A stretch of DNA of 64,000 nt from an uncultured Verrucomicrobiota bacterium (GCA_964526745.1 CAZGMQ010000009.1:929-64928), one strand, 5' to 3'. Counted from the first letter of the stretch, positions 41,561 to 51,504 are shown. Notes: generated by a model from the sequence alone, not told the origin. Translations and numbers: made by a program.

Positions 41561-43015
41561 TCATCTGTTCAGTTTGTAGCGGAAGAATCCGGCCGTGCCC
41601 TGTACCGGCGCATTCGGGGTCCATGCCACTGGAAACAGATTCGGCGTGTATTCCTTCACGGTCGTGAAGCCGGGCAGAGCGGGGGAGGGGGAGGCTGGGT
41701 CGGTCGAAATCTCAATGAGCGGATGCAGGACACCCACCGCATCCAGATCGAAGCCGCCGGAGCCCCAGGTCGGGGTCGGATCATAGATCGGATTGCTATA
41801 GCTGTCCGTCACCGAACCGTCGCCGAACACATCGGCCAGCCGCACGTGAGTCACACGAAGCGTGTCCAGTCCGGGGGTCCCGGCCAGTTCCCGCAGATCG
41901 AACGGCGTGCCATTCCCCTGCAGATGTTTGCCGGCGAATCCACCATAGGAGGTTGGATCGGAAGTATTCATCGCGCCATAGGTGTCGATGGGGTCGGGCT
42001 CCAAGCTGTGGTTCGCAAAACGGATAAAGTTCGTGCCGTCGGAGGAAACTTCGACAAAGGCCAGCTCCAGAAAATCCTCCGTGAAGGAATTCTCGAACAC
42101 GGCGAAGTCCGGTCCCGGTCCGTCCGTGATGGGCAGAGGGAAGGTCAGCGTGATCGTGCCGCTGTCGCCAAGACTGACCACATTGGTCGAGCCGTTAAAT
42201 CTATCGCCGAGTTCCGCCGCGCCCAGCGCGTTGCTGGCATGCATGAACGGATTGGTCACATTCAGGCCCGGCACATAGGCGGCTACGCCGCTTGCCCAGC
42301 ACAGAATGGCAGGATTCGTCGACGCGATCCCGTCGGAGCTGTCCGCATAGGCATAGGTCAGGTCTGCCGCCGCAAAATACATTGGCGTGTTGGCACCCCA
42401 TTCACCCATATCGGTGGTCACCAGTGTCCCGACGATCGAGACCACCTCCGGCGGCATCCAGGAGAGGTCCAGCGTGGACCAGTTCGTCTGGATGAACGAT
42501 TTTCCATCGCGGAAGTCGGCGAGATAATGATTGGTGACCGCCATGACAGAACCTTCGATATCGCTGGCGGCTAGTGTCAGCACAAAGAAATCGCCGTTGG
42601 TGAAGGCGCGGGCCGGGAAGGAGCCGTTCCGGACCGCTTCGGCTGCCCAGGCCGTATTGTTGATGCGAACCGATTTCGGCGCAGCGGGCAGGTCGAAGCT
42701 GATTTCCGGGGCGGGGTCCCAACTGCTGTGATAGGCTACCGCATAGGCATTCGATAGCGATTCCGCCGCCCCGTATTGATTTGCATAGGTACCGTTGGTC
42801 GTGTTGTTCACTGTGGAGAAGGCAAACCCCGCCCACGAATCATACAGAGCGGAATGGAAATAGGTATTGAGAAAGGTGACCGCTTCATCCGTGGACGGCT
42901 GACTGTTCACAACGCTGTCCGGTGTGGGCACCAGCGCATCGAACGACACGACGGTTTGCGCCGCCCACAAAGGTGGAGAGAAAACGAGCATCAACAGGAT
43001 TAAAAAACGCCGCAT
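41561..43015 (-). CDS. Secreted DUF4465-like protein; candidate cobalamin-binding/acquisition protein.
   Basis: Signal peptide [21 protein letters not shown]-terminal [21 protein letters not shown]...NAYAVAY pattern recalled for DUF4465. Preceded by a cobalamin riboswitch. Confidence 0.55.
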   Translation of the reverse strand: MRRFLILLMLVFSPPLWAAQTVVSFDALVPTPDSVVNSQPSTDEAVTFLNTYFHSALYDSWAGFAFSTVNNTTNGTYANQYGAAESLSNAYAVAYHSSWDPAPEISFDLPAAPKSVRINNTAWAAEAVRNGSFPARAFTNGDFFVLTLAASDIEGSVMAVTNHYLADFRDGKSFIQTNWSTLDLSWMPPEVVSIVGTLVTTDMGEWGANTPMYFAAADLTYAYADSSDGIASTNPAILCWASGVAAYVPGLNVTNPFMHASNALGAAELGDRFNGSTNVVSLGDSGTITLTFPLPITDGPGPDFAVFENSFTEDFLELAFVEVSSDGTNFIRFANHSLEPDPIDTYGAMNTSDPTSYGGFAGKHLQGNGTPFDLRELAGTPGLDTLRVTHVRLADVFGDGSVTDSYSNPIYDPTPTWGSGGFDLDAVGVLHPLIEISTDPASPSPALPGFTTVKEYTPNLFPVAWTPNAPVQGTAGFFRYKLNR

Positions 43016-43039
43016 GGCGGCTGCCTTTCTACCCTTTCT

Positions 43040-43250
43040 GCGAGGGCATTCAGTTACAGTTTCTCCGACGTCTCGTCTTCTGGCTTACGGCAATCTACTC
43101 TTCCACCTTCTCCCGCCCGCGAGGGGGCGAAATGGCTTTGCTGGAATTTCGGAACCGATTACAGCGGCGCGACCGCGCGGGATTCTCACCCGCTTCCGTT
43201 AGTCGCCGGAGGGGTCTCCAACAAGGAGACACTTCCGCACCCTAGCACCC
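43040..43250 (-). promoter_or_regulatory. Cobalamin (B12) riboswitch in the 5' leader of the 41561-43015 gene.
   Basis: Minus-strand RNA contains GGAAGCGGGUGAGAAUCCCGCGCGGUCGCGCCGCUGUAAUCGGUUCC (matches the conserved GGUGxxAAUCC...GCCxCUGUAA core). A B12-box-like UAAGCCAGAAGACGAGAC lies about 60 nt before the AUG. A CCCU..AGGG hairpin overlaps the ribosome-binding site. Confidence 0.72.
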
Positions 43251-43516
43251 CGCTTTGCCCTCCTTCAAGCCGCGATTCTTTTGGTCGGCATTTTGGATCC
43301 AAAACAGCCCAAAATCCCTCCATAAATAGTTCCACACCCCTCCGCCGGTTTTGCCGCGAAAAATCGAAAAAACGGCCGAAAAAAGTCCTTGTTGATCAAA
43401 AAAGCAACGGAGGGAAATGATTGAAGGACGTGGAATCAGGTTGAATTAGGTTGAATGTGCCTTTAAACAGGGGCTTTTCCTAGCGTGGCGCCTCGATTGT
43501 CATCGATCAGAATGAA

Positions 43517-43574
43517 AAGGGTCTGAATGGGATATTCGTAAGGGTCTGGATACTGGCGTCTAAGGGTCAGAAAT
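43517..43574. repeat. Three direct AAGGGTC(T/A)G(A/G)AT repeats spaced 22-23 bp, at the left border of the phage-derived block. More copies lie inside the next 1.6 kb.
   Basis: aagggtctgaat (43517), aagggtctggat (43540), aagggtcagaaat (43562, overlapping the dam stop). Further AAGGGTC copies near 43661, 44051, 44195, 44527 (doubled), 45085. Confidence 0.6.
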
Positions 43575-44331
43575 TCTGGATGATCAGCTCTGATCTCTGG
43601 ACCTTTCGGCTTGCTGCTGATGACCCGACGGAATACCCCAGCTTGACCTCTGTCTGCTGGAAGGGTCTAAAAATTGACCGCACCTCTTTGCAGTTCCCCA
43701 GGGACAGAAGGAACCTTCCCTTGATGCCGGCCAGCAAATCCGCCAGGGCCTGGAACCGATCGAATGAGACCGCGTAGTCATCTGTTGAGTGAAAGTATGG
43801 CGGATCGATGAAGAACAGCGTGTGAGGCCGATCGTAGCGCGTCAGGCAGTCAAAGGCATCCAGATGCTCGATGTTGACCTTCTCCAAACGCCAGTGAACA
43901 GCCAGAAGGGTTTCTGCAATAGAACTCAGGTTCAGGGCCGGTGACCCGAGCGTTTTCATCCCATAGACCCGGCCTTTCGGTTTTCCACCAAAGCAGAGGC
44001 GTTGTAGATAGAAATACCGAACAGCTCTCTGAATATCCGTAAGGGTCTCCGGCCGCTTCATTTTCTCGATTTCGAATATCTCTCGGGACACTACGGCCCA
44101 CTTGTAATACTCTATGAAGGGTTCCAGATGATTCTGAATGACTCTCCAGAATGTGACCAGCTCGGAGTCTGCGTCATTGATCACTTCTGCCTTGGAAGGG
44201 TCCTTTTGGAATAGGACCCAGGCGGCTCCACAGAAGGGTTCGCAGTAGCAGACGTGATCCTCGGGGATCCGGGCAATGATTCTTTTGGCGAGGCGGCTCT
44301 TCCCGCCGAGGTAGGCAAAGGGACTATTCAT
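43567..44331 (-). CDS. dam: DNA adenine methyltransferase (Dam / D12 class).
   Basis: FAYLGGKSRL, CEPFCGAAWV (motif I) and FIDPPY (motif IV). Confidence 0.8.
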   Translation of the reverse strand: MNSPFAYLGGKSRLAKRIIARIPEDHVCYCEPFCGAAWVLFQKDPSKAEVINDADSELVTFWRVIQNHLEPFIEYYKWAVVSREIFEIEKMKRPETLTDIQRAVRYFYLQRLCFGGKPKGRVYGMKTLGSPALNLSSIAETLLAVHWRLEKVNIEHLDAFDCLTRYDRPHTLFFIDPPYFHSTDDYAVSFDRFQALADLLAGIKGRFLLSLGNCKEVRSIFRPFQQTEVKLGYSVGSSAASRKVQRSELIIQNF

Positions 44332-44487
44332 CAGAACGAACTTCCTATACCGTGCTTCCTGACTTCGGGCCAGTCTGGAGGGACCGTCATTGGCACGGAC
44401 TGCCGGGAATTAATCTTCCGGTGGATTGAGTGGTTGCACCCACTGAATCGGTTCCCCGGACACTCTCACACGAGAGGCCGGAAATGG

Positions 44488-46003
44488 TTATATCAGGCCG
44501 TTGATGGCATTGGCTAAAAGGGTCTGTTCGATTGGGTCTGTGTCCGGAGGCTGGAGCAGCTGGTCCTGGATGGCGGATAGTGCTGCTTCTGGATTTGTGC
44601 TTTCGCGGAGGATCCGCGGGATGTTGGCGTAGCGTTCGCGGAAGTGCCGCGCGACGGCCGCGGTGCCGGCGTCTGCAATGGCATCGGCCTGGTCAGCATT
44701 ATCGGTGTTCGCGGCGAAAATAGGGGCTGCCGCCGACCTCCCGGTCGGCGGCGAGGACTGTCTGCGGGAGATGCTGTATGCGCTGGACGGGGATGCCGAG
44801 GCGTTCGGAGGCCGTTGAAAGACCATCATCGGTTGGTTCAAGGCCTGCCTCATACAGATTGGAGAGGAGTTCGGAGGTGCGCTTCACCTCTTCGGTCGTG
44901 TCGCCGGCGAAGCTGATTGTGGGAGCCCGGCCAGGATAGCCATTGAGTTGCAGCCAGGGTGCCACCACCTGATGTCGGAGCGTATTTCCAAGGTTGCGAG
45001 AATCAAACTTCCGAATGTCATCCCGGACATCCCCCTGGAGATCCGCAGTCCCGGACCCCATTCCGGTCGGTGATGTTTCGGATGAAAGGGTCTGCCCCAG
45101 GATCAGCCTGGAGATCTCCCGCCGGCAACTGGTCTTAAACTTCTCGAAACCCTCCCCTGAGTCGCGGGCCGCTTCTTTCAGCTCGATCGAAGAGTCACCC
45201 GAAAGGACCAGGCCGCCCAGCTGCGTGGCATATGAAATGGCCGACTCAAGGATCCGGCGATCATGGTTGTCATTTGAATCCGTTTTCCCGACCATGAACG
45301 GCGAGCCGTAGCGGCCGAGGAATCGTGCCCACCAGGTCGTGGCCATGGCGGAGAGCAGCCAGAGGAAGAAGATTGCCCGCATGGGTCCACCGAACCGGTC
45401 CGGGGATGTCAGGGTATGGCCTCGATGCAGGATGTATCGTGTGGAGTCCAGAGGCTCCGCATCGATGAATCCACAAGTTTCTTTCTCTGTGACAATGGCC
45501 TGTCCATTCTTATCCCATCCGATGAGGCGATACGGAACCGGAACCAGTTCGGAGATCATATAGCGCCGGCCCAGCTCCGGACATGCCGGATCCGCAGGGG
45601 CAAACACCTTTTCGGCGATTGAAAGCGGGAAAATCACGGCATCCAGAAGATGATTGCAGCACAGATCTAGAGTATCGGATTGACGAAGCATCAGTTCTGC
45701 CGCATCGGCAGCCTCGACATCCTTCGGGTTGTCTTTGTCCCATGGCGCTACCATGATGGCATCGCCAATGACGGCATTCTTTCGCTGGAAAAGGGTTGCC
45801 TGAATATGGGTATCTTGCAGGACTACATCCCGGCAGAGTTGCCACAGCTGGCTGGAATTGCCCTGTTCCGACATCCGGATGATAGCCGCGACGCGATCGA
45901 CATCCAAATTGGTGGTGCGGAGCGACTGTTCATCGCGGGTTGAAACCGGGGTCAGACGACCCTGGCTGGGTGCTTTGGTTTTCTTTTTCGGTTTTTTAGA
46001 CAT
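44488..46003 (-). pseudogene. Mu-gp29-like portal protein (DUF935), apparently split by a frameshift near 44700-44760.
   Basis: 434 aa ORF 44699-46003. A roughly 70 aa continuation in another frame (ORF 44488-44853) overlaps the same DNA. Together they give about 505 aa, the expected portal length. Confidence 0.5.
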
Positions 46004-46012
46004 GCCGTTCTC

Positions 46013-47524
46013 CTATGACAAAAGGTTTCCGCTGAATGGGGTGCCGATGTTCACGGCCTTTGCTTCGATCTTCCCGCCCCGCTTGTTCAGGGCGTAGAGG
46101 GCGAGCTTCCCGCCATCGAATGTGTCCGCGTGATTGCCGGCGTTATCCAATTCGTTATCAAATCCGCCCTTTACCTTTTTAGCCAGGCGCCGATCCTCTT
46201 TGACCCACCTATCCGGTGGCATGGCGATTTGAGAATCTTCGTAGACCTCGACATACCGCTGGCCGGTATATGTTTTCATATTCATCGATTGACCTTGATA
46301 GTCGATCGTTTCGGATGAAGAGCACAGCATCACACGGGTGTATTTCCGGAACTCTTTCCGCACATTTGCGGCATAGTATTTTTCATTCGATGAATCCACA
46401 GCCAGACCGGAAGCCCGTCGTCCCGTCGCATCTTGACATGATTCAAGGATTTCACGCAGAAGGGCTTTTGCCTCATCCGGGTTTGCCTCTTTGAAGCGGA
46501 ATACCAGCCGTTCCACATATAGGTACTGCGACACCTTCTGCGTCACGACGATGCTGGAAGGGTTAGACATCTTGTTGGTGGTGGTTGCGACATCATACCC
46601 GATGGCATATGGATCGCTGGTCATCGATATGGCCCAATCCGCCGGCAGATCATTTTCGGCTGCCACGCAGCTCATGCGGTAACCGAGTTCCTGTGCCGCT
46701 CCGATAGCGGACAGCGGAATGGCTGCGGTGCCGCCGACGATGAATTTGAGCGCATAGGAGCGGTCCCAGGTGTCCCTGTTGAAATAGTTCTTGCGATGTT
46801 CATCCGGAGAAATTTGAGCACCGGATTTCATATCGTACAGGTGAATGCCAGCCAGATCGGCATCCCAAGCATCGACGCGATGGACAGGGATACCTAGCTG
46901 GGATGTGTAGGTGTTCCCGCTTGGATTATTTTCAAACTCTGTTCCGGGTTCTGGGGCGGCCAGCTCGTAGGAGAAGTGGGCGTCATCTGACGGTGGCGTG
47001 GTAGCCATGATGAGATGGAATGTTGGATCCCTAGAGATGATAGGTTCCATTTCACCGAAGAGAGCGCGGAAATCCTTGATGAATCCGATTTCATCCATGA
47101 AAACCCAGCCAGAGTATCCGCGCGCCGTCGCGATATTTGGTGCGATGACCTTCATTCGAGAAACAACGTGTTCAGAATGGCGGAAGGTGACTTCGAGGCG
47201 GCCCTGATCGAACAGATCCATTAGATCACTATCTTCGAGTCCTTCCCCATTCGATTCAATGATGACCCCATTGTCTATCGAGACATCACGGAGCGTTTGT
47301 AACAGTTCGCCAAAGATCTGCGTGGCTTTGAACGGAAGTTCAGATCCGACAGATAACGATGCCGATACGAATGTACAAAGGATGCCAGGATTCTCCAGCA
47401 TGACCTGAAGGATCTTGAAAGCAAAAAGGGTGGATTTTCCGGCCTGGCGCCGCCAGAGAAGCAGGCACACGCGCAGGGGTTTCATCCAGCGCGAAGCAAA
47501 CTTCTGATAGCGGGTGAGTTCCAT
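46013..47524 (-). CDS. Terminase large subunit.
   Basis: Walker A WRRQAGKST, Walker B VFMDEIGF, C-terminal nuclease-like acidic motifs; 503 aa. Confidence 0.75.
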   Translation of the reverse strand: MELTRYQKFASRWMKPLRVCLLLWRRQAGKSTLFAFKILQVMLENPGILCTFVSASLSVGSELPFKATQIFGELLQTLRDVSIDNGVIIESNGEGLEDSDLMDLFDQGRLEVTFRHSEHVVSRMKVIAPNIATARGYSGWVFMDEIGFIKDFRALFGEMEPIISRDPTFHLIMATTPPSDDAHFSYELAAPEPGTEFENNPSGNTYTSQLGIPVHRVDAWDADLAGIHLYDMKSGAQISPDEHRKNYFNRDTWDRSYALKFIVGGTAAIPLSAIGAAQELGYRMSCVAAENDLPADWAISMTSDPYAIGYDVATTTNKMSNPSSIVVTQKVSQYLYVERLVFRFKEANPDEAKALLREILESCQDATGRRASGLAVDSSNEKYYAANVRKEFRKYTRVMLCSSSETIDYQGQSMNMKTYTGQRYVEVYEDSQIAMPPDRWVKEDRRLAKKVKGGFDNELDNAGNHADTFDGGKLALYALNKRGGKIEAKAVNIGTPFSGNLLS

Positions 47525-48087
47525 TAATCCTTTTCCATGTCAGCCATGAGGTCGATGAGCTGCTGAACCTGGATTGACCTCTCAGCGCCGGAAGTGGCGA
47601 TCTTCTGAGCGCGTTCATCCTTAAACCAGGAGAGGAATTGGTTTGCGACCTGGAAGCGGAACTTGTCGCGATCCAGCTCTGCTGCATCCTGGGCGAGTTC
47701 GAGGCGCTGCTTGTCGAGCTCCAGGCTTTTGGAGCGGGTGACGGCCTGTTTGACGGAAGCCAGAACCTTGGCGGCCTTGATGGGATCCAGATCTGGATCC
47801 GAAAGGCTGTCGACCAGGTCGAGCATCGTGCGGTCGACCATATCGAACCCATCGGCCTCGATCTCCCGGCGGATGGATTCCGCGCGGGTCCGACGCTCTT
47901 CCAAATTCCGCTGCTGTTTCAGCCAGGCTTGATAATGACGGGGAGACTTCTTGAATGAAGAGTAGTTCTGAGGCTTGTAGGGTCCATAGCCGTGACCCTT
48001 CAGCCAGGCATTGAGCTGCTTCCAGTTCTTACGGTCCCGGATCATGAAACAGAGTTCTTCCCGGACTTCGTACGGGAGGCGCGTCAT
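47524..48087 (-). CDS. Mu-gp27-like DUF3486 protein (small terminase-like).
   Basis: Internal start MTRLPYEVREELCFMIRDRKNWKQLNAWLKGHGY... resembles Mu gp27 (ITRLPQELRDEL...). The ORF-track 5' extension is out of character. Confidence 0.6.
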   Translation of the reverse strand: MTRLPYEVREELCFMIRDRKNWKQLNAWLKGHGYGPYKPQNYSSFKKSPRHYQAWLKQQRNLEERRTRAESIRREIEADGFDMVDRTMLDLVDSLSDPDLDPIKAAKVLASVKQAVTRSKSLELDKQRLELAQDAAELDRDKFRFQVANQFLSWFKDERAQKIATSGAERSIQVQQLIDLMADMEKD

Positions 48088-48100
48088 CGGGATATAAGGG

Positions 48101-48382
48101 TTAAGGGTACTGGCGCTCACGGAACGTGACTCCTTCTGAGGTGGCCTTATAGTCGACCAGGCCGGACAAGGGACGATTGACGCGCTTGACCAGGCCGAAG
48201 CCTTCCAGGACCGCAAGGGCGTCGGCCACATGCGATTCATCAAACTCGCCATCCACGGCACCCGCGCGCCGGATCCGGTTGGTCAATGTTTCAATGGAGA
48301 ACTTATGCGCTGCCCGATCGGCCAGATGGCAGATCAGCGCTTCGCGGAGCTGTTCTTTTCGCTGTGTGTCTTGATCCTTCAT
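48101..48382 (-). CDS. Hypothetical small protein.
   Basis: ORF track; probable start MKDQDTQRKEQL. Confidence 0.35.
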   Translation of the reverse strand: MKDQDTQRKEQLREALICHLADRAAHKFSIETLTNRIRRAGAVDGEFDESHVADALAVLEGFGLVKRVNRPLSGLVDYKATSEGVTFRERQYP

Positions 48383-48386
48383 TGAA

Positions 48387-48731
48387 TCAGCCTTTCGTGT
48401 CCTTGGAGATATGAGTCTCAAGCATGCCTTCGATTCGTCCCAGTCGATTAGCCGTGTCGATCCCGTTTCGGTTACTTGTTGTAATAAGGGTGTCGATTTT
48501 CCCCTTCAGATCTCTTGTTTCCTGGCGCATAGGAGCGAATTCGCGATCGATGCGGGCGTGTACCCCATTGATCTCCGAAGTCAGCTCCGTTTTGCGCACA
48601 TATTTCTTCGCCATTTCTTCCGGGACCGGCGGGGATCGCTTTTTGAATCCGAGGGCTGCTGCGATCGATGCCAACGATGCGCAGAGCACGGTGATGGGCC
48701 AAATGACATCTCCTGGTGTGATATCGCTCAT
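48387..48731 (-). CDS. i-spanin (Rz)-like protein: N-terminal TM helix plus periplasmic coiled coil.
   Basis: Internal ATG at 48731 gives MSDITPGDVIWPITVLCASLASIAAALGFKK... followed by heptad-rich sequence. It starts 2 nt after the upstream gene's stop. Confidence 0.5.
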   Translation of the reverse strand: MSDITPGDVIWPITVLCASLASIAAALGFKKRSPPVPEEMAKKYVRKTELTSEINGVHARIDREFAPMRQETRDLKGKIDTLITTSNRNGIDTANRLGRIEGMLETHISKDTKG

Positions 48732-48733
48732 TT

Positions 48734-49972
48734 CTATTCCTCTGAAAAAGATGCCGACGCTGGCCGGCCGCTGGGCATGGCAGCAGCCGGGGCGACGGCA
48801 AGATTGGTTGATGTGTTTCGAGTGGAAATGGGCGGGACGGCCGAGCCGATGGCTTGGATGGTGGCGACATCGGACGGCCCGGCCCATTTGAAGTGATAGA
48901 AGATCCTGGCGACTTCGCCGCGGTCGGCTCCCTCTTTGATCCAGGCATAGGCCACATCCGGCTTTCCGGGACCTTCCAGGCCGGAACACAGCTGCTGAAT
49001 GATCATTCCTGTGTCACTGACATTCAGGCGGTTGACCGGGAAGGTGTCGGTAATCTTGAAAGGATGGACGGCCGCCCAGTCAAATGGTGCCGGGCAGGAG
49101 GACGGGCGGGATCCGTGATTGTAGATCAGTTTGAACCCGAGCGCATCGAATTCGGAAGCCATTTGCTTTTCGAGCTGAGTCCCGTAGCTGGTGCGGCCGG
49201 ATTCGGCCACGGGCTGCAGCAAGACGTTGGCCGGCCCACCGGCTTTGACTACACCAATGGCCCAGCTGACCATCTCCGGGGAGTGCTGCAGATCCACGCC
49301 GGCATCGCCATACTTCCGCGGTCCGCCACGGCTTCCCTGGTTGTCGTTGAAGACGCTGTTGAAAACCCACATGCCATTTGCACGGCAATGGCGCAGCAGC
49401 AGAGCATAGGCCGCCTCGGTCCATGCTCGGAATTCTGTTTTGTTGGCGGCGTAACGGCCCCAGGATGAAAACTCAATGTCATAGATTCGGACGCCCCATA
49501 ATGTGCAGGCGTCGAGATCCGCCTGGAGAATAGCCAGGGACTCTTCCAGAGTGGCGCCGCCATTGGCCCAGCGGTTTGCCCTCCCATAGCCAGCGAGGGT
49601 CCGGCCGACCTGCAGCGGAGGCAGCGCGGCGGATGGCGCCGGCGGGTCAACATTCGGGTCTATGACTGGATCTGGGTCCGCTTCATCCTGGTTGACCACC
49701 TCGGCAAAATTCGCGGCGATCCCGTTCAGTTGCTCCATCAGGGCATCGTTCGACATGACGGCCTCCGCGAGGGCCACGACATTCGGGTTTCCGGCGATGG
49801 CGGAAGCGATGGCAACAGCATCAGCCGGATCGATGGAGGCCGCAACGGACCCGATCTGGCCGACCAGGGCATTCGGATTGAGATCCAGCTGGTTTGTCGA
49901 TGTGCAGCCAACGCCGCTCCACCCGATCAGAGCAAGCAGCAACGCGATGACTATAAATTTCATGTCCTTCAT
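48734..49972 (-). CDS. Secreted lipoprotein, glycoside-hydrolase-like (possible cell-wall hydrolase).
   Basis: Lipobox LIGWSGVGC; 412 aa; start overlaps the caspase-like gene's stop. Confidence 0.4.
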   Translation of the reverse strand: MKDMKFIVIALLLALIGWSGVGCTSTNQLDLNPNALVGQIGSVAASIDPADAVAIASAIAGNPNVVALAEAVMSNDALMEQLNGIAANFAEVVNQDEADPDPVIDPNVDPPAPSAALPPLQVGRTLAGYGRANRWANGGATLEESLAILQADLDACTLWGVRIYDIEFSSWGRYAANKTEFRAWTEAAYALLLRHCRANGMWVFNSVFNDNQGSRGGPRKYGDAGVDLQHSPEMVSWAIGVVKAGGPANVLLQPVAESGRTSYGTQLEKQMASEFDALGFKLIYNHGSRPSSCPAPFDWAAVHPFKITDTFPVNRLNVSDTGMIIQQLCSGLEGPGKPDVAYAWIKEGADRGEVARIFYHFKWAGPSDVATIQAIGSAVPPISTRNTSTNLAVAPAAAMPSGRPASASFSEE

Positions 49973-50691
49973 TCTTGATCCTCTTTGGGTTGGAGCTTCA
50001 TTGCCGGGAGATCCCGGAAAGTGGTGGCGCCGTATTCCTCATAGTGCGGAACCTGGTTGCGCGGCATGATGGCCGCAGCGGCATCGAACCATTCCTTATA
50101 AGAGAGCTTTCCGTCGAAAGTGTTGAGCAGCGCTTGAGTGAAGACGCCGCCCGAGTCATCGCCATAGGAGGATTCACCATCTCCGGATCCGCCGAAGTGG
50201 ATCAGAGAGGCCCGGAAGCTGCGAGGCATGGATCCGGAAATAGATCGGGCCCGAAAATTGGTGCCGGAATTGCAGGTGTCAGAAATGAACAGGATCCGGA
50301 TGCCGGCCGGCGCCTCTTTCCAGAGCTTCCGGAGGATGTCATCCGAGAGCTGGCCATCCCATAGGCAAAGGGTCTCATCGAGGCCGTCTTCCTCATCGCC
50401 GTCGGTGTCCGGGATCTGTCCGCCGTGTCCGCTTATATATAGGATAAAGAGATCGCCAGCCTTCATCTGCTTCCAGGCCTTCCGCGTGGCGCGGATCAGA
50501 GCCTCTGATGTGGCCTCCCTATTGTGGAAGAGATCCGTCTGGATTCCCCCCCCCGAGCAGAGCAGTCCGAACATCTGGGCATCCACATCGCATCCGGGGC
50601 AGTTGCCATTCCATCCATCATAGGCATTTGGATCCACATTGGTGAGGCCGGCCACAACGGCATGGGCATTCTTCGGAAGGTTTTTACGCAT
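49969..50691 (-). CDS. Standalone caspase-like peptidase C14 domain protein.
   Basis: LFILYISGHGGQ (catalytic His) and ILFISDTCNSG (catalytic Cys, D-x-C-x-SG). N-terminal HAVVAGLTNVDPNAYDGWNGNCPGCDVDAQMF caspase-fold start. 240 aa with no signal peptide. Confidence 0.7.
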   Translation of the reverse strand: MRKNLPKNAHAVVAGLTNVDPNAYDGWNGNCPGCDVDAQMFGLLCSGGGIQTDLFHNREATSEALIRATRKAWKQMKAGDLFILYISGHGGQIPDTDGDEEDGLDETLCLWDGQLSDDILRKLWKEAPAGIRILFISDTCNSGTNFRARSISGSMPRSFRASLIHFGGSGDGESSYGDDSGGVFTQALLNTFDGKLSYKEWFDAAAAIMPRNQVPHYEEYGATTFRDLPAMKLQPKEDQE

Positions 50692-51295
50692 GATATGGGC
50701 CTTTCAGATCGAGACGGTATTGAAGGCCCTCAGCGGTCAACGCCAGCGCGGAGATGTCATGAAGGCGCCCAGACTCCACCCGCTTCTCCGTGGTTCGGGG
50801 CGTGGGGTTATTTTTGTTCCAGGCATCATGATTGGCGCTCATGCCCGGTTTGCTCCAGGCGCCGCGGACGGCCTCGGTGCAATACCAGGCCCATTCCGCT
50901 CCGGCCTGGCTCTTGAACCAATCGCCCAGGAGGGCCTTTGCGATGAGGCGCGGATAGGCGTACCAATCATAGGGCATTCCTTTGGCGTGCTCCAGGAACC
51001 ATTCGTTGGCCATCTTCCGGTCCAGATCCGTAGCGCCCGGCATGCGAAGGACGGCGATCTTGACGCCGCGATCGCGCATGTGGTTTTCGTAGGTTTCGAT
51101 CGGCGTGAGAACGCCGCCCTTCAACATGAGTGCTTCGCCAATGAACAGCTCGCCGCGATAGCGGCAGACCATGGCGTCGTGGCTTCCGCGGGATCCGATG
51201 GCGCGCTGGATGAACCAGCTCGTGACGCCGGGGGAATAGCGATGGATGATGTCGCCCGGAAGAAGTGCCTCCCTATTAATCAGAGGAATCGTCAC
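50684..51295 (-). CDS. Permuted-papain-fold NlpC/P60 (YiiX/DUF830-like) peptidase; candidate endolysin.
   Basis: N-terminal GDIIHRYS...GSHDAMVC and C-terminal WYCTEAV Cys motif. GTG start after a GGAGAT Shine-Dalgarno. No signal peptide. Confidence 0.5.
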   Translation of the reverse strand: MTIPLINREALLPGDIIHRYSPGVTSWFIQRAIGSRGSHDAMVCRYRGELFIGEALMLKGGVLTPIETYENHMRDRGVKIAVLRMPGATDLDRKMANEWFLEHAKGMPYDWYAYPRLIAKALLGDWFKSQAGAEWAWYCTEAVRGAWSKPGMSANHDAWNKNNPTPRTTEKRVESGRLHDISALALTAEGLQYRLDLKGPYHA

Positions 51296-51504
51296 GCGGG
51301 ATCTCCAAATGAAATGACGCCGGGCCTATCTAAGGAGGAAGGTTGACCCGGCGTCTGGTGTATATATGATCCGCGAAGAGATTTACCGCATGGCATGCCT
51401 CCTGTTCCTGGAACTGAAATGTGACTGTGCACAATCATTACAGGCCTCACGATGCACGGGATTGCTCATCACGGAAACGAGCAGTGGGACTCGTGGGGAA
51501 GGCA

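Noticed and set aside
43020-43560. tRNA gene or att site at the phage-block border.
   Set aside because: No cloverleaf-compatible sequence found by eye. The structured RNA here is instead explained by the cobalamin riboswitch.
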